From: a virus
IMG/VR virus record: IMGVR_UViG_3300017714_002439
Strand: one strand, 5' to 3'
Length of the DNA stretch: 64,000 nucleotides
Positions 63,611 through 64,000 of this stretch are shown here, in pieces (position 1 is the first letter of the stretch; every line of letters begins with the position of its first letter). The notes under the pieces were generated by a model that saw only the letters and a list, made by a program, of their open reading frames with translations, was not told where the DNA came from and made no database searches. Made by a program: the position numbers and the translations under genes.

Positions 63611-64000
63611 ATGCCTAATTATTTTAGCACAAAAAGATATGGACATAACATTGGACTTAGTGCAGTGTTCCGTCAACCAAATGCAGATCATTCGCATTGC
63701 CATTTGTTGCATGGTTACAGTTTAGCATTTAAATTTACATTTGCTTGCGATGAACTTGATAACAAAAACTGGGCAGTAGACTTTGGTGGATTGAAGCCAC
63801 TAAAGAAATGGTTAGAAGATAACTTTGATCATAAGACAGTTATTGACAGAGAAGATCCATACTTATATAAGTTTGCAGAACTTGAAAACATGGGATTGGC
63901 AGAAATCACAGTAATGGATGGAGTAGGCGCAGAAAAGTTTGCCGAGCATGCCTGGAAATTTGCTAATGATCTTGTTAAAGAAATGAGCGATGGACGTTGC
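63611..64000 (+). CDS. queD: 6-carboxy-tetrahydropterin synthase (QueD/PTPS family), truncated by window end
   Basis: Manual translation MPNYFSTKRYGHNIGLSAVFRQPNADHSHCHLLHGYS...WAVDFGGL...FDHK; AAGGAG SD. Confidence 0.85.
   Translation, partial: MPNYFSTKRYGHNIGLSAVFRQPNADHSHCHLLHGYSLAFKFTFACDELDNKNWAVDFGGLKPLKKWLEDNFDHKTVIDREDPYLYKFAELENMGLAEITVMDGVGAEKFAEHAWKFANDLVKEMSDGRC

Noticed and set aside
1-64000. CRISPR array or mini-array
   Set aside because: No regularly spaced direct repeats with unique spacers seen; repeated intergenic DNA is explained by promoters and terminators
1-64000. Stop-codon reassignment
   Set aside because: TAA, TAG and TGA all end genes at expected domain ends (e.g. 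1023, 2128, 481); long conserved genes are uninterrupted; tRNA-Trp has the normal CCA anticodon
1-64000. Integrase, transposase or homing endonuclease
   Set aside because: No tyrosine/serine recombinase, DDE, HNH, GIY-YIG or LAGLIDADG motifs recognized

Overview
AT-rich, gene-dense 64 kb segment of a large lytic tailed phage with T4-superfamily traits: a family B DNA polymerase next to a DsbA-like gene, (A)TAAATA late-promoter motifs and sigma70-type early promoters. The host is most likely a marine alphaproteobacterium, inferred from a circularly permuted two-piece tmRNA with tag ANDNYAPEMALAA, a DUF1127 protein and an alpha-type CCA-adding enzyme. The window holds tRNA-Trp(CCA), tRNA-Leu(TAA), tmRNA, PolB, an active DNA ligase plus a catalytically dead paralog, UvsE, PhoH, IscU, AdoMetDC, DnaJ-ClpA, PepA, GH108 endolysin, spanins, SleB, tail/structural genes, six radical SAM genes with many tailoring-type enzymes, a QueC-like protein and QueD. 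The strongest candidate for an undescribed system is 38.5-54.2 kb. About ten late genes there share an N-terminal M-K/R-I/L-x-x-I/L-x-(x)-E leader resembling the T4 capsid-targeting/prohead-protease signal. The leader is attached to a CCA-adding enzyme, a HAD nucleotidase, a PD-(D/E)XK-like nuclease and modular polyproteins, suggesting a virion-delivered RNA-repair/takeover payload. Other notable items are a palindromic AAGA-NN-TCTT element inside the spacer of seven early promoters, a multi-hairpin RNA ahead of a DUF3563/DUF1127 small-protein operon, and a possible switch-like leader before queD. All family assignments come from motif recognition by eye; no searches were run.
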